From the NCBI GenBank assembly GCA_023246355.1, contig JAHFIQ010000001.1:145887-209886 (forward strand): a stretch of DNA of 64,000 bases, written 5' to 3'. Positions 9,670 to 20,284 of the stretch are shown here, in pieces (position 1 is the stretch's first letter; the number at the start of each line of letters is the position of its first letter). Source of the DNA: Candidatus Uhrbacteria bacterium. GTDB lineage: Bacteria > Patescibacteriota > Patescibacteriia > UBA9934 > GWF2-40-263. The position numbers and the translations under genes were made by a program. The notes under the pieces were generated by a model. It did no database searches. It was not told where the DNA came from and saw only the letters and a list, made by a program, of their open reading frames with translations.

Positions 9670-11642
9670 TAGAGTTCAAAAATAAGCTGGGCTCGCTTCT
9701 GGTTCACGTCCGCGTTAGAGATGAGACGTATTTGATCTTCCAAGCTTGAGGAAAGCGCATAGGCTTCATTGGCATAGCGCAAAAACAACTCCTGATCACC
9801 CAAAAACTTTACAGCGATCAAACGTTGAATCTGTGATTCAAGAACTGAGGGATCGAGATCAACAGCGGCCTGTGTAAGAGCTACCGCCTCTTCAATTCGA
9901 CTTTGATCAAGAAACACAGCGGCGAGCGCCCAGAGGGGGTGAGGATTGCGTGGATTCAGGTCAATCGCTTTTTTCAGCACTGTTTCTGCATCCTGAAATT
10001 TTGCCGAATTGAAAAATCTCGCCTCTGTGTGATAGAGCAGGCCTAAATGCAACAACGCAATAAGATCATTGGGTGCTCTGGAGGTCGTATCAACGAGGGC
10101 GGTTTCTGAGAGACTGAGCTCTGCGAGGAACTCCGTATTATCCTGGGAAGGATCCGAGAGCATGTCTTTCCAGACCTTTCCCGCTGTTTGACGAGCCAAG
10201 TACCACCGACGCATATCGATGCCAAGTAGAGACCCGTTCACAGCTCGCTCATACAAACTCAATCGTTCCTGGGAGGTTTGAGCCAAGAGAACCTGATCAA
10301 CCGCAAGGTTCCCAAGCACAGGTTGAATCACGGAAAAAAATAGCCCGAAAGGAAGGACGACCGTCGCGACCATTGGAAACCAAACAGGGACAGGCTTGAT
10401 TGGTGAGTGAGCCGACTCCCCTAACCCAGCATATGAAAGCAAGAGGATCCAGAAAAGAAGTGTCACGCCATCATCAAAGCCGGTAAGATTCTGAACAAGA
10501 GAGCCGGCCAAGGCACAAATCACGATCAGAGGAATCACGCCTGAGAAACGACTACGCCACAAGGTCCACAACGTGAGGGCGAAAATACTGAGATAAGAAA
10601 AAAGTCCCATCAATCCTGATGCAACAAGCACGTCAAGAATGATGTTATGAGCACGGTCATACCAAACCTCAATCCCGCAAGGAAGTGACCCAAGACAGGA
10701 ATCATAATGCTGAAAAAACGCTGTCTGAAAATTCTCGAGTCCCCATCCCAACCAGGGGTGTTCTTGCAATGCTTGCCACGCAATATTCCACACAACAAAT
10801 CGCCCACCGTTTGACCTGGAAACAAACGTTTCACGAATCCAACTCGTAGGGTCAGCAAGAGACAGCAGAGCAACAAGAAAACTCAATCCAAGAATGCCCA
10901 GCATACACCAACCGATCTGTTGTATCCCTCTGGTCTTTCCCTTGACGATCAAAAACAAGGAGAGGAACAACACGAGACTCCCCAAAAACGCACCAATGGA
11001 GGCCTGTGCCGTTGAAAGGAAAAGAGCGAGGATGAGGACAGCCGTAGCGATGGCGCTCATCACCCGCAATCGGCCAACGGATTGAGTAGCCAACACGAGA
11101 CTAAAACAAATTTGAAACAGCAGATAGGCACCAAAAAACGTTGAGTTTCCAATCGTTGAACCTGAGTGAGTGGATGAGAGGAGATCAATACCTGCGAAAG
11201 AAAACAGATGCACAGTAGAAACAAGAACCCCAACGATCGTTGAAAGAAGAAAGAATGGTTTCCAATCTTGTGCGGTGCGAAAAACGGAGGAGACGACAAA
11301 AAAAATCAGAACAAGATGGATCCAAAGCAACACGCCAGCCATGCGATCAAGACTCCCCCAAAAACTCAGGACCGGATCACTGCCAAAAAATGCAGAGAGA
11401 GAAAGGACGAGGAGGAATACAACGAGGGCTTTCCCTACACGGTTCGCTCGATACCCGATGGGAGGATGCAAAAAAAGAGACCACACAAAAAAAACGAAAA
11501 TACATTCGCTCACTCCCATGATGAAAAATGTCTTCGTTGACTCAAAATAATACTGCAACGGAGTCCAAAAAAAGAGCGGTGTAAACGCAAGGGCATAAAT
11601 CCCTAAACGAACGAGACGAAGTGAAACAGGCTCTTCTTTCAT
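9666..11642 (-). CDS. O-antigen ligase family membrane protein with TPR-like region (paralog of 7654-9669)
   Basis: SFWGSLDRM, TIGNSTFFG, PWLGWGLENF, DRAHN. Start MKEEP at 11642 avoids overlap with the epimerase. Confidence 0.85.
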   Translation of the reverse strand: MKEEPVSLRLVRLGIYALAFTPLFFWTPLQYYFESTKTFFIMGVSECIFVFFVWSLFLHPPIGYRANRVGKALVVFLLVLSLSAFFGSDPVLSFWGSLDRMAGVLLWIHLVLIFFVVSSVFRTAQDWKPFFLLSTIVGVLVSTVHLFSFAGIDLLSSTHSGSTIGNSTFFGAYLLFQICFSLVLATQSVGRLRVMSAIATAVLILALFLSTAQASIGAFLGSLVLFLSLFLIVKGKTRGIQQIGWCMLGILGLSFLVALLSLADPTSWIRETFVSRSNGGRFVVWNIAWQALQEHPWLGWGLENFQTAFFQHYDSCLGSLPCGIEVWYDRAHNIILDVLVASGLMGLFSYLSIFALTLWTLWRSRFSGVIPLIVICALAGSLVQNLTGFDDGVTLLFWILLLSYAGLGESAHSPIKPVPVWFPMVATVVLPFGLFFSVIQPVLGNLAVDQVLLAQTSQERLSLYERAVNGSLLGIDMRRWYLARQTAGKVWKDMLSDPSQDNTEFLAELSLSETALVDTTSRAPNDLIALLHLGLLYHTEARFFNSAKFQDAETVLKKAIDLNPRNPHPLWALAAVFLDQSRIEEAVALTQAAVDLDPSVLESQIQRLIAVKFLGDQELFLRYANEAYALSSSLEDQIRLISNADVNQKRAQLIFELY

Positions 11643-11697
11643 AGGATGTATTTGCAAATTGTGTGCCTTTTTTGAAAACATGTAAAATACGGCCGCT

Positions 11698-12660
11698 ATG
11701 CAAAAGAACGTCATTCTCGTCACCGGCGGAGCTGGATTTATTGGTTGCCATGTCGCCAAACGACTTATCGAGCTAGGACACGACGTTGTCATTGTCGACA
11801 ACTTCAATCCTTACTACGATCCATCCTTGAAAGAGGCAAGGATCGCCACACTGCTCAAAGACCTGCCTTTCACTCTGTACAGAAATGACATTCAGGACGA
11901 GCACGCGATGCGGAAAATTTTTGACAGGCACAAACCCAATCTCCTCTGTCACCAAGCAGCCCAAGCTGGTGTGCGCTATGCCACTCAAGATCCTTTTGCC
12001 TACGGACAGTCAAATCTGATGGGCACGCTCACTCTCTTGGAACTGGCTCGAGAGTTTCAGGTACAAGGCATTGTGATGGCTTCAAGCTCGTCAGTCTATG
12101 GCGACGCCGCACACTATCCAGTCAAAGAAACGGACGTGACCGACCAGCCAATCTCTCTCTACGCGGCTACGAAGCGATCCTGCGAGCTCATCGCCTACTC
12201 CTATCATCACCTCTACAACCTTCCTATCACTTGTCTACGCTATTTCACTGTGTATGGTCCTTGGGGACGTCCAGATATGGCGATCTTCTCTTTTACGAAA
12301 GCGGCCATCGAAGGAAAACCGATCAATGTCTACGGTCAAGGCGAAATGGCTCGGGACTTCACCTACATCGATGATATCGTGGATGGTGTCATCAAGGCTC
12401 TTCAAGTGAATCTTCCATGGGCTGTGTTAAACCTCGGTCGTGGAAACGCAGAACCACTCATGCACATGATTCAACTTGTGGAACAAGCGACGGGCGAACA
12501 TCTTGAAAAACGATTCCTCGATATGCAACCAGGAGACGTGAAACAAACGTTTGCGGATGCGAGCCTTGCGAAAGAACGCCTCTCCTGGGAGCCTCACACA
12601 CGCCTGGATGAGGGAGTCGCCGCGTTCGTTGCGTGGTACAAAAAGTACTATGGAGCATAA
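11698..12660 (+). CDS. NAD-dependent epimerase (UDP-glucuronate 4-epimerase-like)
   Basis: TGGAGFIG, AQAGVRY, SSSSVYG, YAATK, FTVYGPWGRPDMA, RDFTYIDDIV. Confidence 0.92.
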   Translation: MQKNVILVTGGAGFIGCHVAKRLIELGHDVVIVDNFNPYYDPSLKEARIATLLKDLPFTLYRNDIQDEHAMRKIFDRHKPNLLCHQAAQAGVRYATQDPFAYGQSNLMGTLTLLELAREFQVQGIVMASSSSVYGDAAHYPVKETDVTDQPISLYAATKRSCELIAYSYHHLYNLPITCLRYFTVYGPWGRPDMAIFSFTKAAIEGKPINVYGQGEMARDFTYIDDIVDGVIKALQVNLPWAVLNLGRGNAEPLMHMIQLVEQATGEHLEKRFLDMQPGDVKQTFADASLAKERLSWEPHTRLDEGVAAFVAWYKKYYGA

Positions 12661-13768
12661 AGCTCAAAAAAAAATCGCGGTCTTCTTCACCCACGGGGTC
12701 TCTCTCGAACTCTGGGAAAAACGTGGAATGTTTTCGCGCGAGATAAAATTTTACGAAGCGCTCGCTCATGAGGTCGGTGAAATCTCGTTCTTTACCTACG
12801 GCCGTCACGATGATCGCTACTCCTCACAACTCGATCCTCACATCCGAATTTTTCCCAAACGTCTTCCTGTCCCCAATCTCCTCTACGGAATCCTGTTGCC
12901 CTTTTTACACTGGCGAGAACTTTCCCGAGTCCATCTCATTCGTATCCACCAAGGAGCTGGGGCGATTCCGGCACTCATCGCACATTGGGTCTGGAACAAG
13001 CCATTGATCGTCCGTGCGGGATTCCAATGGTACCTCTTTGCCTCTGGACAACACGCATCACACGCAAAGCTCTGGCTGATCTCGCTTATTGAGCAACTCA
13101 CCTATCGATCCGCGCAGTTTATCATCCATACCACACAACAAGACGCGGACTTCGTCGTGAAGCGCTACCAAATTGACGTGAACAAGCTGCACGTGATTCC
13201 CAACTGGGTCGACACAGACCTATTCAAACCACTGAACATTGAAAAACAGCCGAGGTCCGTCTGCTTCGTTGGGAGATTCGAGGAACAAAAAAACGTTCAG
13301 GTTTTGATCGCCGCTATGAAAGATACTGAGGGAACGCTGATTCTCTACGGCGATGGTTCGCTCAAACGTAAACTCGAAGAACTAGCTCCCGCGCTCCACG
13401 TCAATGCGCAATTCCGTGGTCCCATCGCCAATGAGGAACTTCCTGCCGCGCTCAATGCCTGCGAGATCTTCGTCCTTCCGTCGCTATACGAAGGAAATCC
13501 GAAAGTCCTCCTGGAAGCCATGGCCTGCGGACTTCCAGTCATTGGAACAAACGTTGCAGGAATTCGAGAAGTGATCCATGACAATGAAAACGGAATTCTG
13601 TGCGAACCTCACCAAGAATCAATTCACCAAGCTCTCCAAACCTTGTTGAACGATCGGGCGTCTCATCAGCGTCTTGGATCTGCAGCGCGCAAGACTATTC
13701 TCGCGCACGCGTCCTTACTCAACACAGTGCAGTTAGAAGGGACACTTCTGGACTCCACTCAGGTATGA
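12650..13768 (+). CDS. Glycosyltransferase family 4
   Basis: FVGRFEEQKN, FVLPSLYEGNPKVLLEAMACG; start MEHK overlaps the upstream stop. Confidence 0.9.
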   Translation: MEHKAQKKIAVFFTHGVSLELWEKRGMFSREIKFYEALAHEVGEISFFTYGRHDDRYSSQLDPHIRIFPKRLPVPNLLYGILLPFLHWRELSRVHLIRIHQGAGAIPALIAHWVWNKPLIVRAGFQWYLFASGQHASHAKLWLISLIEQLTYRSAQFIIHTTQQDADFVVKRYQIDVNKLHVIPNWVDTDLFKPLNIEKQPRSVCFVGRFEEQKNVQVLIAAMKDTEGTLILYGDGSLKRKLEELAPALHVNAQFRGPIANEELPAALNACEIFVLPSLYEGNPKVLLEAMACGLPVIGTNVAGIREVIHDNENGILCEPHQESIHQALQTLLNDRASHQRLGSAARKTILAHASLLNTVQLEGTLLDSTQV

Positions 13769-14556
13769 AGTTTTACGATACAACACATCGACGTCTCGCC
13801 GTGTTTGAAAAACAAGCCACACCTGAATTTTGGAATACCCTCTGGAAAAAAGAAGACCTTAAAAAACAGGTAAGCTCTGGAAAAACCTATCACTTCATCG
13901 AAGCGTTCACGAAACGGTACACTCCCCCTGGAGGTCGCATTCTTGAAGGAGGCTGTGGTACGGGACAAGTGGTGAACTGCTTACAGAGATGGGGATACGA
14001 AGCCTATGGCATCGATTACGCAGACAGGACCATCCAAGCTGTGCGTGATCTGTTCCCACATCTGAACCTCTCTGTTCAAGACGTAAGAAAGACGAACTTT
14101 CCGAATGATCATTTCGACGCCTATTGGTCACTTGGGGTCATCGAACATTTTTGGAACGGCTATCATGAGATCACCCACGAAGCCCATCGGGTGTTAAAAC
14201 ACAACGGCATTTTTTTTCTTTCGTTTCCCGCCATGTCACCACTGCGAAAGTTAAAAGCACGCCTCTCATGGTACCAACCGCTGCCGAGAAAAATAGAAAG
14301 CAACGATTTTTACGAATTCATGCTCGATCCCAATAGGGTCATCAAAGATCTGTCTGATCAAGGATTCTCTCTCGTTCATTCCTACTCGTACGATGCCCTC
14401 AAGGGCATCAAAGACGAAATCACTCTGTTCCAACCTCTGACGAAAAAACTCTACGCGAGTAAACACGTGGTTGCCCGAGGAATTCGACTTGCCTGCACCC
14501 TGCTTTTGGGTCGGCTCACAGGACATATGACGTTACTTGTGCTTAAAAAAACCTAA
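13765..14556 (+). CDS. Class I SAM-dependent methyltransferase
   Basis: ILEGGCGTG motif I, SLGVIEHF; ATGA-coupled start. Confidence 0.85.
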   Translation: MKFYDTTHRRLAVFEKQATPEFWNTLWKKEDLKKQVSSGKTYHFIEAFTKRYTPPGGRILEGGCGTGQVVNCLQRWGYEAYGIDYADRTIQAVRDLFPHLNLSVQDVRKTNFPNDHFDAYWSLGVIEHFWNGYHEITHEAHRVLKHNGIFFLSFPAMSPLRKLKARLSWYQPLPRKIESNDFYEFMLDPNRVIKDLSDQGFSLVHSYSYDALKGIKDEITLFQPLTKKLYASKHVVARGIRLACTLLLGRLTGHMTLLVLKKT

Positions 14557-14558
14557 CT

Positions 14559-15188
14559 ATGTTCCCCATTTTTGTTCGAGCTGCACTCGTCCTCCATAAC
14601 GGGAGTTACAAACTTGCAAGTAAACTTGCAATCAAGGCAGAAGGTGGTTTGCATCCCAAACACCGGCTGATGAACTACCATCAGTTTTTTCTGGACCACA
14701 TTGCATCAACTGATCGCGTCTTGGATATTGGCTGTGGCAACGGAGCTCTAGCGTATGATCTGGCAAAAAAAGCGGAGTCTGTCGTGGGAGTGGATCTCAA
14801 TCCAAAGCATGAGTCTGCCTGGCATGGAAGGTTTGCTGCTCCAAATCTCACCTGTCGCGTCGGCGATGCGACAACACTTAGTACAACGGAAACCTTCGAC
14901 GTCGTCATTCTTTCAAATGTCCTTGAGCACATAGAACACCGCGTCGACTTTTTGAAACGCATCAGGCATCTTGCTCCTCTTTTTCTTCTTCGTGTCCCGA
15001 TGATTGACCGTGATTGGATCACGCTGTACAAAAAAGAACTGGGGATCGAGTACAGACTCGATCAGACACACGTTGTCGAATACACGTTAGAAGGGTTTCT
15101 CCAGGAACTTGAGGACGCTGGACTCGTGTTACAATCGTGGTCCATTCAGTTCGGCGAAATCTGGGCTGTCGTCGACTCACCCTCATGA
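14559..15188 (+). CDS. Class I SAM-dependent methyltransferase
   Basis: VLDIGCGNG, FDVVILSNVLEHI. Confidence 0.88.
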   Translation: MFPIFVRAALVLHNGSYKLASKLAIKAEGGLHPKHRLMNYHQFFLDHIASTDRVLDIGCGNGALAYDLAKKAESVVGVDLNPKHESAWHGRFAAPNLTCRVGDATTLSTTETFDVVILSNVLEHIEHRVDFLKRIRHLAPLFLLRVPMIDRDWITLYKKELGIEYRLDQTHVVEYTLEGFLQELEDAGLVLQSWSIQFGEIWAVVDSPS

Positions 15189-16255
15189 TGATCAACCGAA
15201 TCCTCTCCCAAATCAAAAGCACCATCGGCAACCTCACCGCCTCGATACGCGGGTTCGATTTGGCATACGTTGTTGAAGGTCACGACTGGTCGATCAAGCA
15301 TGATGGTCAATCGATCACCAAAGCTCTCAACCAACAACAGCTGTTACACGCCCGTACAACATTCACCTCTGTTGGCTTACGTAACCAAATGGTGCATTTC
15401 GGTTCGGTCAATACCTTTTTTACAAAAAAAGGCTGGCATGAACCTCACGCATCAAATCGTGTCATCCTTACATGGTTTCACGTGATAGACGGCGACCCGC
15501 GCATCAACCTTCTCGTTCCCATTCAACACCAGCTCCACGCCATCCATACGTCATGCGAACAAACCAAACGAACACTCACAGATGCCGGAATTGACGAAAA
15601 CAAAATCATCGTCATTCCCCTGGGGGTCGACGTTTCTCTTTTCACTCCCGGGACACCCGAGCAAAAACGAAACGCACGTGAACGATTAGGAATAGCTGCT
15701 GATCGGCTTGTGATCGGATCGTTTCAAAAAGACGGTATCGGATGGGGCGAAGGAGTGGAACCAAAACTGATCAAGGGACCTGACAGCCTTGTAGAAACTC
15801 TCGTCCGCCTCAAGGCGAACAATCCACTTGTTCTTCTGACGGGCCCGGCTCGGGGATACGTCAAACGCGAACTGACCAAACACAGAATTGACTACATCCA
15901 TACCTACCTTCAAGATACAAAAAACCTGCCAGCCATGTACCATGCACTCGACCTCTATCTCATCACTTCACGATTGGAAGGAGGACCGAAATCCCTCTTA
16001 GAAGCATGGGCAAGCGGTGTGCCAGTCGTATCAACACGTGTGGGGATGGTTCCAGACATCGCGATTCATGAACAAACAGTGCTCTTCACTGACGCCGAAG
16101 ATGTTGACGGTCTGGCACAGCTGTCACACAGACTCATGACCGATCAGACTCTCTCTGATCGTCTCGCCCGTCAGGCCCTCATCGTCGTACAGGACCATTC
16201 CTGGGACAAGATCGCTCGCCGGTATGTTGATGAGCTCTACCGTCCCCTGCTATGA
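15185..16255 (+). CDS. Glycosyltransferase family 4
   Basis: LYLITSRLEGGPKSLLEAWASGVPVV. Confidence 0.88.
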   Translation: MMINRILSQIKSTIGNLTASIRGFDLAYVVEGHDWSIKHDGQSITKALNQQQLLHARTTFTSVGLRNQMVHFGSVNTFFTKKGWHEPHASNRVILTWFHVIDGDPRINLLVPIQHQLHAIHTSCEQTKRTLTDAGIDENKIIVIPLGVDVSLFTPGTPEQKRNARERLGIAADRLVIGSFQKDGIGWGEGVEPKLIKGPDSLVETLVRLKANNPLVLLTGPARGYVKRELTKHRIDYIHTYLQDTKNLPAMYHALDLYLITSRLEGGPKSLLEAWASGVPVVSTRVGMVPDIAIHEQTVLFTDAEDVDGLAQLSHRLMTDQTLSDRLARQALIVVQDHSWDKIARRYVDELYRPLL

Positions 16256-19098
16256 AAATTCACATCCTTCATCCTCTTCGCGATGAACCTTGGGGTGGTG
16301 GAAACCAATTCCTTAAGGCGCTTAAAGCCGAGTGGACACGGCAAGGTGTTTTGAGCCTCACGGCTGAGGAGGCAGATGTGATTCTCATCAACAGTTATCC
16401 GTTTGGTGAGGAACACCTCTTTGATACCTTGTGGCGGATCAAAAAAATGCACCCAGAAAAAATCGTGGTCTACCGATTGGACGGCCCCATTTCTTTTATT
16501 CGACAAAATGATACAGAGGTTGATCGCATCATCCGTACGTGGAATCATCTCATTGCTGATGGAATCATTTTTCAGTCCTCTTGGTGTGAAGAAAAAAATA
16601 GAGAGACGTTTCAAATTTCCTCTGCCTATCAGTCCGTCATCCACAATGCTCCGGATCCAACGATCTTCTATCCAAGTCAAAAGAACCATCTACCCAGCCA
16701 ACGCATCAAACTGATCGCGACAAGCTGGTCCGCCAACCTGCGCAAGGGATTTGATCTCTATACCTATCTCGACCAGAACCTCGACTTCTCTCGGTATGAA
16801 ATGACGTTCGTTGGTAATTCCCCGGTCAAATTTACTCACATCAAAATGATCGAACCCCTTTGCTCACAGGATCTGGCCTCTCTTTTAAGAACACAGGATC
16901 TCTTCATCACCGCATCAAAATCTGATCCTTGCTCGAACTCTCTTATTGAAGCTCTTTCCTGCGGACTCCCAGCCGTAGCCATCAATGATGGTGGACACCC
17001 AGAACTGATCCGACATGGCGGAGAACTTTTCAAGGATACTCAAGACGTCCTGGAAAAAATTGATCGCGTTGCCAATGCCTATGCTTCCTACCGAGCACAA
17101 CTTCCCGTGTTTGATATTTCCACAGTGGCACACCGCTACTTCGACTTCTGCGAAAATCTCTGGCTGGAAACACAAAAAAAGCGATACACCCCTAAACAGA
17201 CTCGTCCTGTCGGCTTGATCAAACTCAAAGGGCAAATCCTTACGTGGACCATAAAAAAGAACCTTGGAGCGATTCGAAAAAAAACGCATTCTTTTCTTCG
17301 CTTCTCGCCTATGCCCCAGCAACGTCTTCCACATCTCATTCGGGTGATCTCTACGGGTTTCCGCGACTATCGAAAGGCGCTCATCATTCTCACGCTTCTG
17401 GGCTTCCTCGGAAGTCTGTTCGAAATTATCGGTATCAATGCTCTCATTCCTCTCCTGAGCTTTGTCCTCAAAGAAACATCGAATGAGATGAATCTCATTA
17501 CGGAGACGACCCAGCGGGTCTTTTCATTCTTCCACGTCAGTTTTGGCATCCAAGCGCTTCTCATTTTTATTTCCCTGCTCTTCATTTCTAAAGCGGCTGT
17601 CCTCCTTTTCTTTCAATACGTGCACATTCACGTCATTACGGATTATGAAAGCCAAGAGCGAAGCAGGTTGCTAAAAAAAATGCTCACGGCTGAGTGGTCC
17701 TTTCTCTCCACGCGAAAAATGGGATACCTAGACCAGGTCATCACACAGGATATTACCTGCGCCACCTACGTACTCAGAGATGTAGGTCGACTTATCCTCA
17801 TCCTCACCAACCTTCTCATCTATACAATCGTTGCCCTCACGATTTCACCAACGATCACCCTGATGACCCTCGTAACTGGAACCCTGTTCTTTTTCGGCTT
17901 TAAACCCTTGTTTAAAAAAACATCCAACACAGCACGAGCGTTTACCAACGACAGCAAACGTGTCTCGCATTTTATCAATCAAATTCTCCTTGGATTTAAA
18001 TCCATCAAAACCCAAGCCACGCTGTCTTTGGTTGTCAGTCAGGGCGAACAGCTATTCAGTCTTCTGAAAAAATCCCGTGTGAACCTCTACCTGTACTCGG
18101 GACTTGGCGGCATTATCGGTGAACCCATGATCATGATCTTTCTGCTACTCATGTTTGCTGTCTCTTACTCCTTACCGAACTTCAACTTTGGTGTTTTCAC
18201 CGTCACGCTCTATCTGATGCATAAAATGTTCAACTACGTACAAAGTGCCCAAGGAAAATTCCAAACCATCAGCGAATACCTTCCACATCTGGAAAGTAGC
18301 ATTCAACATCTTGCCGATGCACAGCAACATCAAGAACAGAAGGAGGGAACCCAACCCTTTACATTTCAGCACACCCTTGAATTTCAAGGTGTTGGATTCA
18401 AATACCAGGATCATCAGGACGTCCTAACGAACATTCAATTCAGAATACACAAGGGAGAAATGATTGGCCTCATTGGACCTTCAGGTTCAGGGAAAACAAC
18501 GATTATTGATCTGCTGTTGCGTCTCCTCGAACCCACGACTGGTTCAATTCTGATGGATGACAAACCTCTCAAAACGATGGCGTTAGACGCCTGGAGAAAA
18601 AACATCGGGTACGTCCCTCAAGATCTTTTTTTGTTAAACGAGTCCATTAAGGAAAACATTCGTTTTTTTGATGAAAGGATCACGGATCAGGACATACAAA
18701 ATGCCGCGACTGCTTCCCATCTTGACGAGTTTCTTAAGAACGAGCCCAATGGACTTGAGACACAGGTAGGTGAACGTGGCATCCACCTATCGGTAGGACA
18801 GCGACAACGCATCGTTCTTGCAAGAGCCCTTGTGAGAAAACCAGAAATTCTCATCCTTGATGAAGCCACCAGTGCTCTTGATCACGCGTCCGAAGAAGCC
18901 GTACAACGCACCCTGAAAAAACTCAAGGGACACATGACGATCATTCTCATTGCTCATCGACCATCAACCCTGCTGGATGTCGACCGCCTTGTGACCATCG
19001 CTCATGGCGTGACGACTGAATGTGGTACTCCAACGGATCTGCTCAATAACCCGTCCTCCTATTTTTCTCAGATGCACCATCCTCAACGGGCATCGTGA
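16252..19098 (+). CDS. GT4 glycosyltransferase fused in frame to an ABC exporter (TMD+NBD, PglK/MsbA-like)
   Basis: N-half DPCSNSLIEALSCG; C-half TM helices, Walker A GPSGSGKT, LSVGQRQR, ILILDEATSALD. Possible internal ATG at 17311. Confidence 0.85.
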   Translation: MKIHILHPLRDEPWGGGNQFLKALKAEWTRQGVLSLTAEEADVILINSYPFGEEHLFDTLWRIKKMHPEKIVVYRLDGPISFIRQNDTEVDRIIRTWNHLIADGIIFQSSWCEEKNRETFQISSAYQSVIHNAPDPTIFYPSQKNHLPSQRIKLIATSWSANLRKGFDLYTYLDQNLDFSRYEMTFVGNSPVKFTHIKMIEPLCSQDLASLLRTQDLFITASKSDPCSNSLIEALSCGLPAVAINDGGHPELIRHGGELFKDTQDVLEKIDRVANAYASYRAQLPVFDISTVAHRYFDFCENLWLETQKKRYTPKQTRPVGLIKLKGQILTWTIKKNLGAIRKKTHSFLRFSPMPQQRLPHLIRVISTGFRDYRKALIILTLLGFLGSLFEIIGINALIPLLSFVLKETSNEMNLITETTQRVFSFFHVSFGIQALLIFISLLFISKAAVLLFFQYVHIHVITDYESQERSRLLKKMLTAEWSFLSTRKMGYLDQVITQDITCATYVLRDVGRLILILTNLLIYTIVALTISPTITLMTLVTGTLFFFGFKPLFKKTSNTARAFTNDSKRVSHFINQILLGFKSIKTQATLSLVVSQGEQLFSLLKKSRVNLYLYSGLGGIIGEPMIMIFLLLMFAVSYSLPNFNFGVFTVTLYLMHKMFNYVQSAQGKFQTISEYLPHLESSIQHLADAQQHQEQKEGTQPFTFQHTLEFQGVGFKYQDHQDVLTNIQFRIHKGEMIGLIGPSGSGKTTIIDLLLRLLEPTTGSILMDDKPLKTMALDAWRKNIGYVPQDLFLLNESIKENIRFFDERITDQDIQNAATASHLDEFLKNEPNGLETQVGERGIHLSVGQRQRIVLARALVRKPEILILDEATSALDHASEEAVQRTLKKLKGHMTIILIAHRPSTLLDVDRLVTIAHGVTTECGTPTDLLNNPSSYFSQMHHPQRAS

Positions 19099-20237
19099 AC
19101 TCCCCTATGGTCTTGCTCTATTTATTCGCAAACGCAAAAGCCAGACAACAACCAACCAGTGGCAAGACTCCTTCTTCACAACGATTTTCCTTCTACGGGC
19201 TGGACGCGTTTTCACTGTCTAGCGAACATACGGTCTTAGACACACTCAACGACGAAGCTGCCTTGGAAACACACAGACGTGGAAAAATCATCGACGCCCT
19301 CTGCAATGGGATCCTGCATTACGTGGGTGGATCAGGTGGATCTTGGTACAAGCTCTGGCGCATGCGTAAGGCTATGAGCCAGTCTGATACGGTTGTTGCT
19401 ACCGCAGATCGGGTGGGAATACCTCTTGTTCTGCTTTCCTATTTTCATCTCATCCCCAAACGTCGAATAGTGTATGTGAGTATTGGATTACCAGAAAGAC
19501 TGCAAACCCTTAAACCTTTTTTTCGGCGTCTGTATCTCAACGCATTCCACCATGTGACCGATGAGGTCATCTGCTACGGCCACAAAGAACATCTGTTACT
19601 TCAACACGATCTTGGCCTACAAAAACCCAGGGTTTGGTTTGTGCCCTTTGGCGTGGACACGAACACCCTCATACCACAGGACCCCTCCACAGGACAGACG
19701 ATTGTCTGTGTTGGCGCTGATCCTCATAGGGACTTCCATTCACTCTTCATCCTGGCTGAGCGGCATCCGATGACCCCTTTCTTGGTCATCACCTCACGTG
19801 CACATCAACGGAAATGGAAGAGACTCAAGGTATCGATTCCAACCAACGTCACGCTCCAGTACGATCTTCCCTTTGTTGAAACGATGGAGGCAGTATCCCA
19901 ATCCAAATTTGTTGTACTCCCGGTGTTTGAAAATTCGTATTCCGGAGCAACCACAACCCTCTTGCAAGCGATGGCATTAGGAAAAGCCGTCATTGTGACC
20001 AAGACGGGTGCCATCGCAGATGGCTATCATCTTGCACACGAACAGAATGTTCTTTTCGTGCCACCAGAAGATATCGAGGCTTTAGATGTTGCCTTTACAC
20101 GCCTCTCAACGGACCCAGCATTGAGAATGGCACTGGGGGCAGCTGCCAGAGAAACCGTTGCGCGACATCTGAACTGGCAGAGGTATTCACATCAGATGTA
20201 TTCGATCATTACAGGGCATCAAACGTCTCCTCATTGA
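19095..20237 (+). CDS. Glycosyltransferase family 4-like
   Basis: VPFGVD, VVLP...SGATTTLLQAMALGKAVI. Confidence 0.82.
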   Translation: MNSPMVLLYLFANAKARQQPTSGKTPSSQRFSFYGLDAFSLSSEHTVLDTLNDEAALETHRRGKIIDALCNGILHYVGGSGGSWYKLWRMRKAMSQSDTVVATADRVGIPLVLLSYFHLIPKRRIVYVSIGLPERLQTLKPFFRRLYLNAFHHVTDEVICYGHKEHLLLQHDLGLQKPRVWFVPFGVDTNTLIPQDPSTGQTIVCVGADPHRDFHSLFILAERHPMTPFLVITSRAHQRKWKRLKVSIPTNVTLQYDLPFVETMEAVSQSKFVVLPVFENSYSGATTTLLQAMALGKAVIVTKTGAIADGYHLAHEQNVLFVPPEDIEALDVAFTRLSTDPALRMALGAAARETVARHLNWQRYSHQMYSIITGHQTSPH

Positions 20238-20284
20238 CCTCTCCACACGTCTGTGAAAACATGCAGACACGTTGGTATTTCTCT

